DNA of 64,000 bases from an uncultured virus (IMG/VR IMGVR_UViG_2639762883_000003) (Duplodnaviria > Heunggongvirae > Uroviricota > Caudoviricetes): the IMG/VR virus record IMGVR_UViG_2639762883_000003; one strand, 5' to 3'. The translations under genes and the position numbers were made by a program. Below are positions 10,433-20,000 of the stretch, piece after piece. The notes beneath the pieces are model-generated. The model searched no databases and was not told the origin of the DNA. It was given only the letters and a program-made list of their open reading frames with translations. How positions within the stretch are numbered: the first letter of the stretch is position 1; each line of letters opens with the position of its first letter.

Positions 10433-10803
10433 GCAATAATTACCAGACTGTTTCTGAGTTGCTAAGTGCTATTTACCCATTGGCCGTGCAATCTGGGATT
10501 GATTCTGACCACTTTTGGGAACTTGATTTTGGTGAACTCATGGTTCAAGTAATCGCAAATAATCGTAACCGTATAGATGATATGCGAATGAGAGCGGTAA
10601 TGGATCACAAGCAAGCTGAGATGATGGCATTTGCTTTGAACGACCCTAGCAAAATGCCATCGGTTGAAGCGGCTTATCCATTTATCAAAACAGCGACTAG
10701 TACATCGTCGGATTCTGTTCCTGAATGGAAACGGGACCAGTTGCTTCTAATGCAGCAATCGCAAAAGATTAAGACAGCCCGAAAATTCAAAAAAACTACA
10801 TAG
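10348..10803 (+). CDS. Tail assembly chaperone -1 frameshift extension (GT-like)
   Basis: -1 frame is open from the slippery site into ORF 10459..10803 (FWELDFGEL motif). Confidence 0.75.
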   Translation, partial: RQDSFGFEDEYGIGSHSGQRTNDRDDTLSNNYQTVSELLSAIYPLAVQSGIDSDHFWELDFGELMVQVIANNRNRIDDMRMRAVMDHKQAEMMAFALNDPSKMPSVEAAYPFIKTATSTSSDSVPEWKRDQLLLMQQSQKIKTARKFKKTT

Positions 10804-10818
10804 GAAGGGGGAAACAAC

Positions 10819-13800
10819 GTGGAACTTGAAGAAATTGAACTGCTATTCAAAGTGAACACTGAACAAATGGAACAACAATTTGCCAAGGTTCAACCGATGA
10901 TTGATAAATTGATGGGGAAGACCGCTGATAGTGCGAAGTCCGGTATGGACAAGACCGAGCAGTCGATGGATGTTTCTAAAGGTGTTCAAAAGTTGCAAGA
11001 CCAGTTGTCCGGTTTGAACGAGACTATCAAAACTGCATTCGAACGAATGAGTAGCTCGACATCTACCGGGGCTAGCAAGGTCAACCAGAATGCTGGCAAG
11101 ATGTTTACCGGTAGCCGGGTTAAGGTAAAACAGGACTTACAGGCCATGCTGAGTGATATCAATGCAAAGATGGATCAGGCCCGAGCTGCTCAAGCCAAGA
11201 TGCGTGACTTAATGAATCAAAAAACGTCCTTGAATACCGCTCAACAGAATGGGACGCAAGGAATTAAAATTGATAATCAGGTTGCGTCCGCTCAAGCTCA
11301 GATGACGCGTTATCAAAACCAAGCTAAAGCCCTAGCCCAATCAATGCGACAAGAATTTAAAGCGGTGCCGGACTCACTGCGGCAGATTTCTAAAGCTATG
11401 GATCAAAACGAAGTTAAAATTGAAACCTATCGGCGTCAGTTGAAGGCGTTGCAGGGCTCCTATCGTGATGTTCAGGATTCTATGAAGACGATGGGTGCCA
11501 GCGACCGGCTGACCAAGCAAAGCACGGCACTTGAAAAGAGCATCATGAGCACACGCGATAAGATGAACAAGCTCATTAATTCCAATGATAGTCTGAACAA
11601 GAGCTATGCTTATGTTTCTGATCGTGGTGACGAACTTAAATCTGTAATTGGTAAGCTCAATACTGAGATGGGTGAATCCGGGACGGCTGCTACACGAGCG
11701 GCAGGTTCGTATAATCGTTTCGGCAGTGCGGCAAGTAGCGCAATGAATAAAGCATCAGGTTCCGGTAAGGGGCCTTCTAATTGGTTCAGTCGCATTAGCA
11801 ACGGTATTCAAGGTGCAACAAGCCGGATACGCAATTTTGGAAATAGTAGTAGTTCTTCAATGAACAAAGTCTCTTCTAGTGCTAGACGGACCAGCGGGGC
11901 CCTGGGCGGCATTGCCCAGCAGTTGAAGTACCTCCCATCACAATTAATCGTATTTGGGTTGCTGTACCAAGGCTTGACGCAACTTGCTACTGGGATGATG
12001 ACAGCATTTAAGACGAACGCGCAGTTTGCAAGTAGTCTGAATCAAATCAAGGTCAATTTACTGACAGCATTCTATCCGATTTACAACTTTGTACTTCCGG
12101 CTGTCAATGCATTAATGTCGTCATTATCTAAAGCGACATCATGGTTGGCACAGTTCACATCAGCACTAACGGGTATGAGCTATTCCAAGGCGCGGCAAGG
12201 TGCTCAGGGACTTTATGAGCAATCTAAGGCACTAAATGACACGGCTGCCGCTTCTAGCAAAGCTTCTGCTTCTGTTAAGAAGGCAAACGAAGAGATTCGA
12301 AAGCAAAATGCGGCTCAGGCTAAATCAGTTCGTGAAGCAAATGCTCAAATTCGGGCGCAAAATCAGGCTAAAGCAGCCTCAGTTCGTGAGGCTAATCGAC
12401 AAATTGCGGAGTCGAACAAACAAGGTGCTGCCAAAGTTCGTGCTGCTAACGCGGCAATTGAAGCCGCCAATAAACGTTCTCAGGCTTCCATGGAAGCAAC
12501 CAAGAAAAAGAACAAAGAACTCATGCAGTCTTTAATGGGCTTTGATGAACTGAATGTTCTTGATAAGAGCAATGATGATGAAGACTACTCTTATGATAAA
12601 AAGCCAAAGGAGACTTTTACTCCGCAGGAAACACAAACGGCACCAGATTCAACGCCAACACAAAACGCACCGGAAAGTACGCCACTGCAATCGACGGATG
12701 GTACTGATGCTGGAGCTGGTGATGATGGTGTCAATTTTGGTGTTCCGTTAGGTCAGTCATTCAATAGCGCAACGGATGCAGCAAAAAAGTTACAAAAAGT
12801 TTTGGGTGAACTTTTTGATCCAATGAAGGCGGCGTGGGACGCCAAGGGTAAGTCGGTAGTAGATGCGGCTAAGTATGCTTGGAAAGAGGTCGGACGCGCC
12901 CTTGGGGATGTTGGTCGGTCGTTTATGCATGTATGGGATAACGGCACTGGTAAGAAAACAGTAGAAGCTATCTTACAATTGTTAGCAGACATGCTTAATA
13001 TTATTGGCGATATTGCCAAAGCTTTCTCACAAGCATGGGAAGGTGGCGGCGGTCGTGGTACTAAGCTAGTCCAAACCATTTTTAATTCGCTAAATAATGT
13101 ATTGAAACTGATACATGATATTGCCACTTCATTCCGTAGTGCATGGAATGGCGGCAATCTGGGCGAACGGATTTTTGCCAATCTCATTACGTTGGTGACA
13201 AATTTAGTCGGTCTGATTGGTGATATCGCTAAGGCGTTTGATAATGCATGGAATCATGGCAACACTGGTACCAAGCTTATTCAATCAATTTTAAATGCAT
13301 TGAACGCTGTAATAAAAGTGCTTAATAATATTGCAGTAGCATTTCGTAATGCTTGGAATAGTGGTGCGGGTGAGAAAATTGCATCAAATCTCTACAAGAT
13401 ATTCACAAACATCTTTAATACTGTTAGTGCACTTGGCAGCCAATTTGATAAGGCTTGGCAACATGGTGGCGTTGGTACATCTATTTTTAAAACGCTGCTC
13501 GGTATGGTTAATGACATGTTGGGTGCATTAAATGACATGTCAGGAGCAACAGTTAAGTGGGCTTCTAAACTTGACTTTACGCCCTTACTGCAATCGATTG
13601 ATAGATTACTAAAAGCGATTAGACCAGTAGTCAAAGACGTATGGAATGGTTTGGATTGGGGATATCAGAATATCCTGTTACCATTGGCCAAATACACGAT
13701 TACTAATTTAATCCCAACGTTCTTCGATGCATTAGCTGCGGCGCTTAAGTTGTTTCACAGCATTATTCAAGCTTCACAGCCCGCATTTAAATGGATATGG

Positions 13801-16650
13801 GATTCGTTCCTTAAGCCGTTAGCAAAGTGGACTGGTGGAGTTATCGTTGGCGTGCTTAAGAAGTTAGTGGATGCATTGGGTGGAATTTCCAGTTGGGTAG
13901 ATAAACACCATACGGCTGTTGAAGCAATGGCGAAAGTCTTAGTGACTATGTTTGCATTCAAAGTAACAATGACAGGATTAAGCAATGGAATAGGACTACT
14001 GGGGAATTTAGCTGATAAAGCGGTTATTATCGGTGGTAAAGGGCATGTTCTCAGAGACTTTTTCAAAGGTATTACTGGAATTGATAAGTTAGAAGAAGCC
14101 GTTGGCAGTGTGAAGACATTATGGTCGCTTGCAAAAATGAAGTGGTCAGATTATGCTGCTGCATTAGCAGATGGTTGGAAGGCGCTCAAGAGTTGGTCTG
14201 TGTGGTCTAAACTGGCTGCTGTTGGTCAAGCTGCATTGAATGCAGTTATGGACGCGAATCCAGTAGCATTAGTGGTATTGGCTATCGCGGCATTAGTTGC
14301 TGGATTCGTCGCGCTATACAAACATAATAAGAAATTTAGAGATTTTTGTAATTCTGTGTGGAAGAATATAACCAAATGGTTTGGAGATTCAATCGATTGG
14401 ATCTCTAAAAATTGGACTAAAATAATTGGTTTTATTATTAATCCGGTTGGCACGATTGCTTCCTGGTTCCTTAAAGATACAAAAACAGGTAAGAATATTC
14501 TTAAATGGGCATCAAAATTACCGGGTAAAGCCTCCGATTGGGCTAAGAGTGTTGGTAAAAAGGTTGGAACCCATATAACTAATGCTAAGAAGGATTTCCA
14601 ACAAGCAGGAAAGAATATTGGTAATTGGACTACTGGGTTTGTTGGCGGTGCTAAGAGAACTGTTAACACTTGGGCATCGAATATTGGCAACGGTGTTCAC
14701 AAGAAAGTCTCTGATGGTAAAAAGGCTGCTCAAGAAGCGGGTAAAAAGATTGGTAACTGGACGTCTGAGTTTACGAGCAAATCTAAAGGTGCAATCGTCG
14801 GTATTCGAAAATGGGCATCAAATATCGGTAGTAATGTTAATACTAAAGTCGAAGATGGCAAACGATTAGCCAAGAATGCGGGTAGTAAGTTAGGTTCATG
14901 GGTTAATAACTTTAGAACTGGCGCAAGTAAGACTGTCTCTAGTTGGGCTGGAAGTTTAGGCTCGAAGACTAATTCTGGAATGGGGAGTTCTAGAACGGCT
15001 GCGTTAAGAGCCGGTACTCAGTTAGGTAATTGGGTTGCTTCGTTTAGAACTGGCACGGGTAAAACAATTGCAAAATGGGCCGGTGGTTTAGGCGGTAAAA
15101 TTGGTGGCGGTCTTTCATCTGGTTGGAAGTCTGTAAAAAAGGGTTCTGCGGATGTTGCTAATGCAATTATTGGTACGATTGGAAAAGCAGTTAATGGCGT
15201 TATCGATGGCATTAAATGGATTCTCAATCACGTAGGCGCCTCCAGCAAAGCAAAGTCATTGAGCCACTGGAGTGTTCCGTCATTTGCAACTGGTGGTCGC
15301 CATAAAGGTGGTCCAGCAATCGTTAATGATCAGGTTGGTGATAAGTATCGTGAAGCATACAAGTTACCAAATGGACGAACAGGTCTTTTCCCAGCAGTTC
15401 GCAATATGATGGTCAATCTTCCGAGAGGTACTCAAATTCTCAATGCGGCACAAACGGCTCGTAAAGCAACAGCAATGGTGCCACACTATGCCGGTGGTAT
15501 TGGAGACTTTGATTTTGACTTTTCAAGTATTGGTAACTTCAATTTGCCAAGTTTCAACTTTAGCATGCCGAATTTTGGTGATTTGTTCAGTGGTATAGAG
15601 GACAGTGTAGGCAGTTTTGCCGATGGTGTGAAAGATACGGCAAGTGATATTTGGGACGATGTCACGCACCCTGAAAAAGTATTGAAAGCTGCTATGAACA
15701 AGTTTGTTAAATTTACCGGCTTAGGTGGCTATCCGCTAGATGTTGCTAAAAGTATGGTGGATTTTAGTGTTGATAGCGCTAAAAGTTGGGTCGGTAAGAT
15801 CCTCAAAGAATACGGCGAGAGCGAAGGACCAAATGGTGGATCAATCACTCATTCAATGATTAGTCGCGCACTAGAGATGACCAAAGTTCCTAAATCGCGG
15901 TGGTCAAAGATGCAACACGATATCATTGAAGTAGCTAAGTCAGAAACTGGGAATCGAAATATTATGCAGACAATTACTGATGTGAACTCGCTAGCTGGTA
16001 ATCCTGCAGGTGGACCACTACAGTATGTCAAGTCAACCTTTGATGCATTTGCTTTTCCTGGACATCATAATTTCAGATCATCATTTGACCAAGTATTGGC
16101 TTATCTGAATAACTCAGACTATTACAATGCTGCTGGTCATACAGTCATTTGGGGCACGCCTAAATTTGATTGGTTGCACAGTGGACCGATTGGGCACCGC
16201 CGTTTTGCTAACGGCGGTCTTGTTGATACTCATCAAATGATCGAAGTGGCTGAACAGAATAAGCCGGAAATGGTTTTACCTTTAACTAACATTCCACGGT
16301 CAATGCAATTGATTAAGCAGGCACTAAGCTTCATGGGACAAACGTTCAGTGATGGCTTACAAATGCCCGCAGCTTTAACTCAGTCGATGGATATGAGCAG
16401 TCTGGCTAGTCAGCCAAGTAGTACAAATACACAGAGTATGAATAGTGGTGGCATTAACGAGCTTGGAACAAGCATCGTTAACGCGATTGTACAGGGCTTA
16501 CAAATGACAAACGTTGGCGGCAGCATGAACAATCAACCGATCAATGTGAACTTGACGTTGCAAGTTGGTGATGAGAAGTTCGGTAATGCTGCTATTAAAG
16601 GCATTAACGCGGTAAATCAGAAGAATGGTAAAAACATGTTGAGACTATAG
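10819..16650 (+). CDS. Tape measure protein with C-terminal lytic transglycosylase-like domain
   Basis: 1943 aa, helical Trp-periodic repeats, SETG...DVNSLAGNPAGGPLQYVKSTF motif. Confidence 0.92.
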   Translation: MELEEIELLFKVNTEQMEQQFAKVQPMIDKLMGKTADSAKSGMDKTEQSMDVSKGVQKLQDQLSGLNETIKTAFERMSSSTSTGASKVNQNAGKMFTGSRVKVKQDLQAMLSDINAKMDQARAAQAKMRDLMNQKTSLNTAQQNGTQGIKIDNQVASAQAQMTRYQNQAKALAQSMRQEFKAVPDSLRQISKAMDQNEVKIETYRRQLKALQGSYRDVQDSMKTMGASDRLTKQSTALEKSIMSTRDKMNKLINSNDSLNKSYAYVSDRGDELKSVIGKLNTEMGESGTAATRAAGSYNRFGSAASSAMNKASGSGKGPSNWFSRISNGIQGATSRIRNFGNSSSSSMNKVSSSARRTSGALGGIAQQLKYLPSQLIVFGLLYQGLTQLATGMMTAFKTNAQFASSLNQIKVNLLTAFYPIYNFVLPAVNALMSSLSKATSWLAQFTSALTGMSYSKARQGAQGLYEQSKALNDTAAASSKASASVKKANEEIRKQNAAQAKSVREANAQIRAQNQAKAASVREANRQIAESNKQGAAKVRAANAAIEAANKRSQASMEATKKKNKELMQSLMGFDELNVLDKSNDDEDYSYDKKPKETFTPQETQTAPDSTPTQNAPESTPLQSTDGTDAGAGDDGVNFGVPLGQSFNSATDAAKKLQKVLGELFDPMKAAWDAKGKSVVDAAKYAWKEVGRALGDVGRSFMHVWDNGTGKKTVEAILQLLADMLNIIGDIAKAFSQAWEGGGGRGTKLVQTIFNSLNNVLKLIHDIATSFRSAWNGGNLGERIFANLITLVTNLVGLIGDIAKAFDNAWNHGNTGTKLIQSILNALNAVIKVLNNIAVAFRNAWNSGAGEKIASNLYKIFTNIFNTVSALGSQFDKAWQHGGVGTSIFKTLLGMVNDMLGALNDMSGATVKWASKLDFTPLLQSIDRLLKAIRPVVKDVWNGLDWGYQNILLPLAKYTITNLIPTFFDALAAALKLFHSIIQASQPAFKWIWDSFLKPLAKWTGGVIVGVLKKLVDALGGISSWVDKHHTAVEAMAKVLVTMFAFKVTMTGLSNGIGLLGNLADKAVIIGGKGHVLRDFFKGITGIDKLEEAVGSVKTLWSLAKMKWSDYAAALADGWKALKSWSVWSKLAAVGQAALNAVMDANPVALVVLAIAALVAGFVALYKHNKKFRDFCNSVWKNITKWFGDSIDWISKNWTKIIGFIINPVGTIASWFLKDTKTGKNILKWASKLPGKASDWAKSVGKKVGTHITNAKKDFQQAGKNIGNWTTGFVGGAKRTVNTWASNIGNGVHKKVSDGKKAAQEAGKKIGNWTSEFTSKSKGAIVGIRKWASNIGSNVNTKVEDGKRLAKNAGSKLGSWVNNFRTGASKTVSSWAGSLGSKTNSGMGSSRTAALRAGTQLGNWVASFRTGTGKTIAKWAGGLGGKIGGGLSSGWKSVKKGSADVANAIIGTIGKAVNGVIDGIKWILNHVGASSKAKSLSHWSVPSFATGGRHKGGPAIVNDQVGDKYREAYKLPNGRTGLFPAVRNMMVNLPRGTQILNAAQTARKATAMVPHYAGGIGDFDFDFSSIGNFNLPSFNFSMPNFGDLFSGIEDSVGSFADGVKDTASDIWDDVTHPEKVLKAAMNKFVKFTGLGGYPLDVAKSMVDFSVDSAKSWVGKILKEYGESEGPNGGSITHSMISRALEMTKVPKSRWSKMQHDIIEVAKSETGNRNIMQTITDVNSLAGNPAGGPLQYVKSTFDAFAFPGHHNFRSSFDQVLAYLNNSDYYNAAGHTVIWGTPKFDWLHSGPIGHRRFANGGLVDTHQMIEVAEQNKPEMVLPLTNIPRSMQLIKQALSFMGQTFSDGLQMPAALTQSMDMSSLASQPSSTNTQSMNSGGINELGTSIVNAIVQGLQMTNVGGSMNNQPINVNLTLQVGDEKFGNAAIKGINAVNQKNGKNMLRL

Positions 16651-16663
16651 GAGATGATTACGA

Positions 16664-17026
16664 TTGACATATTCACTGAAGATTGGTGGGACAGTGGTTA
16701 AAGCACCACAGTCCCTAGAAGTTGCAATCCAAGATATTGATGCAAAAGCATCACGTGACGCGAATGGGCTTTTGCATCGAGACCGTGTCGCAATCAAACG
16801 CAAGCTAACGGTAAAATGGGGGCCGCTAACACTGGCCGAGAATAGCACAATACTAAAAGCTGTCTCTGGACAGTTTTTTTCTTGCAGTTATTTAGACCCA
16901 CAAGAAGGTGCAGTAGTGACCAAGACATTTTATGTTGGTGATCGGACTGCACCGATTTATACACTTAATCCAGTGACATCAGATTATATTTGGCAAAATG
17001 TTTCAATGGATTTCATTGAACAGTAG
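16664..17026 (+). CDS. Distal tail / minor tail protein
   Basis: RDANGLLHRDRVAIKRKL, FYVGDR motifs; after TMP. Confidence 0.7.
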   Translation: MTYSLKIGGTVVKAPQSLEVAIQDIDAKASRDANGLLHRDRVAIKRKLTVKWGPLTLAENSTILKAVSGQFFSCSYLDPQEGAVVTKTFYVGDRTAPIYTLNPVTSDYIWQNVSMDFIEQ

Positions 17027-17040
17027 GAGGGTGAAAATTA

Positions 17041-20000
17041 ATGATTAAGCAATCTGATTTAGCCCTCGCTGCATGGAAGGCAACTGAACGGACGTTGGAT
17101 GCAGTTGTCACAATTAACAAGATTGACTATAAAACGACAGATATTGCATCCATTTCATATGACGCAGGTGGCTATACTGGAGATACGTTTGGTATTGGCT
17201 CGAATTATGAAAACAGCGTGACAATTAAGTTTGCGCACTTAATTGAAGGACTTAAACCTGGCATGACGGTATGGCCTAAGATTGGTATAAAAACATCTAA
17301 TGGCTATGAGTATAGCTCGCTTGGTCTTTTTATCGTATCAGATGACATTCAAATGGACCGAAACAACGATGAGACAACAATTAAGGCATATGACCAGATG
17401 TGTCTATTGGAGGGTACCTACACTTCTAAGTTAACTTACCCTGCGAAAATGACCAGTGTGATTGCAGAAATTGCAAATTTGGCTGGCGTGTTACTCAATA
17501 CAACTGACATTAGTCGTTTGCCTGTACAAGTTAACTTACCGAGTGCTATTACCGGTCAAACGTATCGAAATGCAATTGGCATGATTGCTCAATTTTATGC
17601 TGGATTTGCAACGTTTGATAGGGACGGCAAATTAACAATTCGCACGATTACAGAGCCAGATTATACATTAGATCCGAGCCAATATGAACAAGGTGGCTTA
17701 ACAAAAAATGAAGCACCATACAAAATTGGCGGTATTCAGTGTGAGGTCACAACGACTACTACGGATTCAACAGGTCAGAGTACCGAAACTACAAACACGC
17801 TTCAAGTAGGGGCAACGTCAGGATCACAGATTAAACTCACCAACAATTTGATGACAATGGATCGCTTAACATCAATATGGCAACAGTTACAGAGCTTGAC
17901 CTTCTACCCTTTCAGTTTGAATTGGTTTGGCAATCCTGCAATAGAAGCTGGCGATTGGCTAACACTACAGGATACTAAAGGAAACAAGTTCAACGTGCCT
18001 AATAATGGTTATACTATGACGTTTGATGGCAGCTTGTCTGCTGTTTCTAAAGCAGATCAGACCTCAACCTCTAGTAGTAGCTATGCTTGGCGAGGCGAGC
18101 TATCACAATATGTTGCTGACTTAGGTGGACGGCAAGGTGCTTCGGGTAACTATATCTATGGTACAGATACAACTGAACCGCCATACGGAGCTAAATTTAA
18201 CGATATCTGGTACAAGCAGAACGGTAATAAAGTTGAATTGTGGACTTACGAGCGTCAGGCAGATGGAACTGGTAAATGGGTACTTACTGTGTCGGACGCT
18301 ACTGGGGAAGAAGTGAAAGCAAAAGTTGACCAAGTGGAACTGGAAGCTAAGGCTAGTACAGATGCAGCTAAAGCGGTCAGTGATAAGGCTGACCAGCTTG
18401 CGGCCAAGTACGATGATACAAATGCATTAACTCATCAAGCATTAGACCGAGCTGTAAGTGCTCAAAGTGACGCTAGTTCCGCAGTTGCCACAGCAAATTC
18501 TACAGCTTCTGGGTTTGGAAAAGTTAGTCAAAAAGCAAATAGTGCCTTAGCTAATGCGCTTGGTGCTCAAAGTGACGCTAGTGATGCAGTTGAACAGGCT
18601 TCTTCGGCTGCCGCTGATTCTAAAAATGCCAAACAAATTGCTGGTGCAGTTAGTCAGAGTTATAAGACTTTAACTAACGGATCAACCATGACTATTGCCG
18701 AGTTAGAAAATGGTCTAGCTACCAAACTGACTAAGACTGATCTTGATGGTTACGCTACTCAAACGTGGGCACAAAATCAGATTAAAATGACTGCTGATGG
18801 AATCAACGGAACAATGTCCAGTATCAAGAATACTGTTGACGGACAAACCACAGATATTAACGATTTGAAAGCTGATTCAAGTTCATTTAAAAGTCAATTT
18901 ACAACAGTTAACAATACTTTAGGTAAACAAACTACCGATATTGGAAATTTGCAAGCGACATCTAAAGAATTGACCACTGGGTTTAATACGTTAATAAGTG
19001 ATAATAACACTAATAAGAACGACATTAGTCAACTTAAGCAGACTGCTACGGAAGTAAGCAGCACTTTAGAAACTGTTCAGACACAGGTTCAAAACAGTGC
19101 TGTGGGAACAAACCTGCTGATAGGGACGACTTCGTCAGAAAAGTCATACACAGGTGACTTTTCAACCGTCCCCAGTTGGGGCGACCATTACGCATCACAA
19201 GTTGCTGTTAACGCCGGGAGCACCTACACCTACTCAATATATTTAACAAAATTAACGGGTTCTTTTGTTTTGGGATATTGGGGATATGACAGCAATGAAA
19301 AATATGCTAGATGGGTTCCTAGTGGTGCTAATTCTTCATTGGGTAAAGTTTCATGGACGTTCACAGTTCCTAGTGGTGTATCTTATGTGGTTCCGCATGT
19401 TGTACATGCTTCTGATAATTTCGCTTGCACAGCAAAAGAAGAAAAACTTGAACTTGGTTCTCATGCAACTGATTGGTGTCTTAATCCGACAGAAACTGCT
19501 ACGGTTACTGCTTTCTCCAAGCTGTCACAAACTGTGGACGGTATGAAACTTGATATCTCCAAGAAAATTGAGCAGAAAGATCTTAATGGATACGCCACTC
19601 AAACCTGGACCCAAAATCAGATTAATACCACTGCTGATGGAATTAATGCAACTGTATCAAGTGTCAAAACGACTGTTAACGGGCATGCTACCAGTATTAA
19701 TGACTTAAAGGCTGATTCCAGTTCTTTTAAGAGCCAGTTTACAACGGTTAATAATACGCTCGGTAAGCAAACCACGGATATTAGCGCACTTCAAGCAACA
19801 AGCAAGTCTTTGGGTGCCAGCTTTGATTCACTAAGTTCTGACAATAAAACAAACAAGCATAATATTGGCCAATTGCAAGCGAGTGCTACGAAATTTAATA
19901 GCACTTTAATGACAGTTCAGCAACAGGTCACTGATAGTGCAGTGGGCGTTAATCTACTACGTAACACACGTACTTTAGACGGTTGGAAAGTTTGGGCTGG

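Noticed and set aside
11610..16031. Many antisense and alternate-frame ORFs inside TMP (also in other structural genes)
   Set aside because: Shadow ORFs without RBS or recognisable motifs
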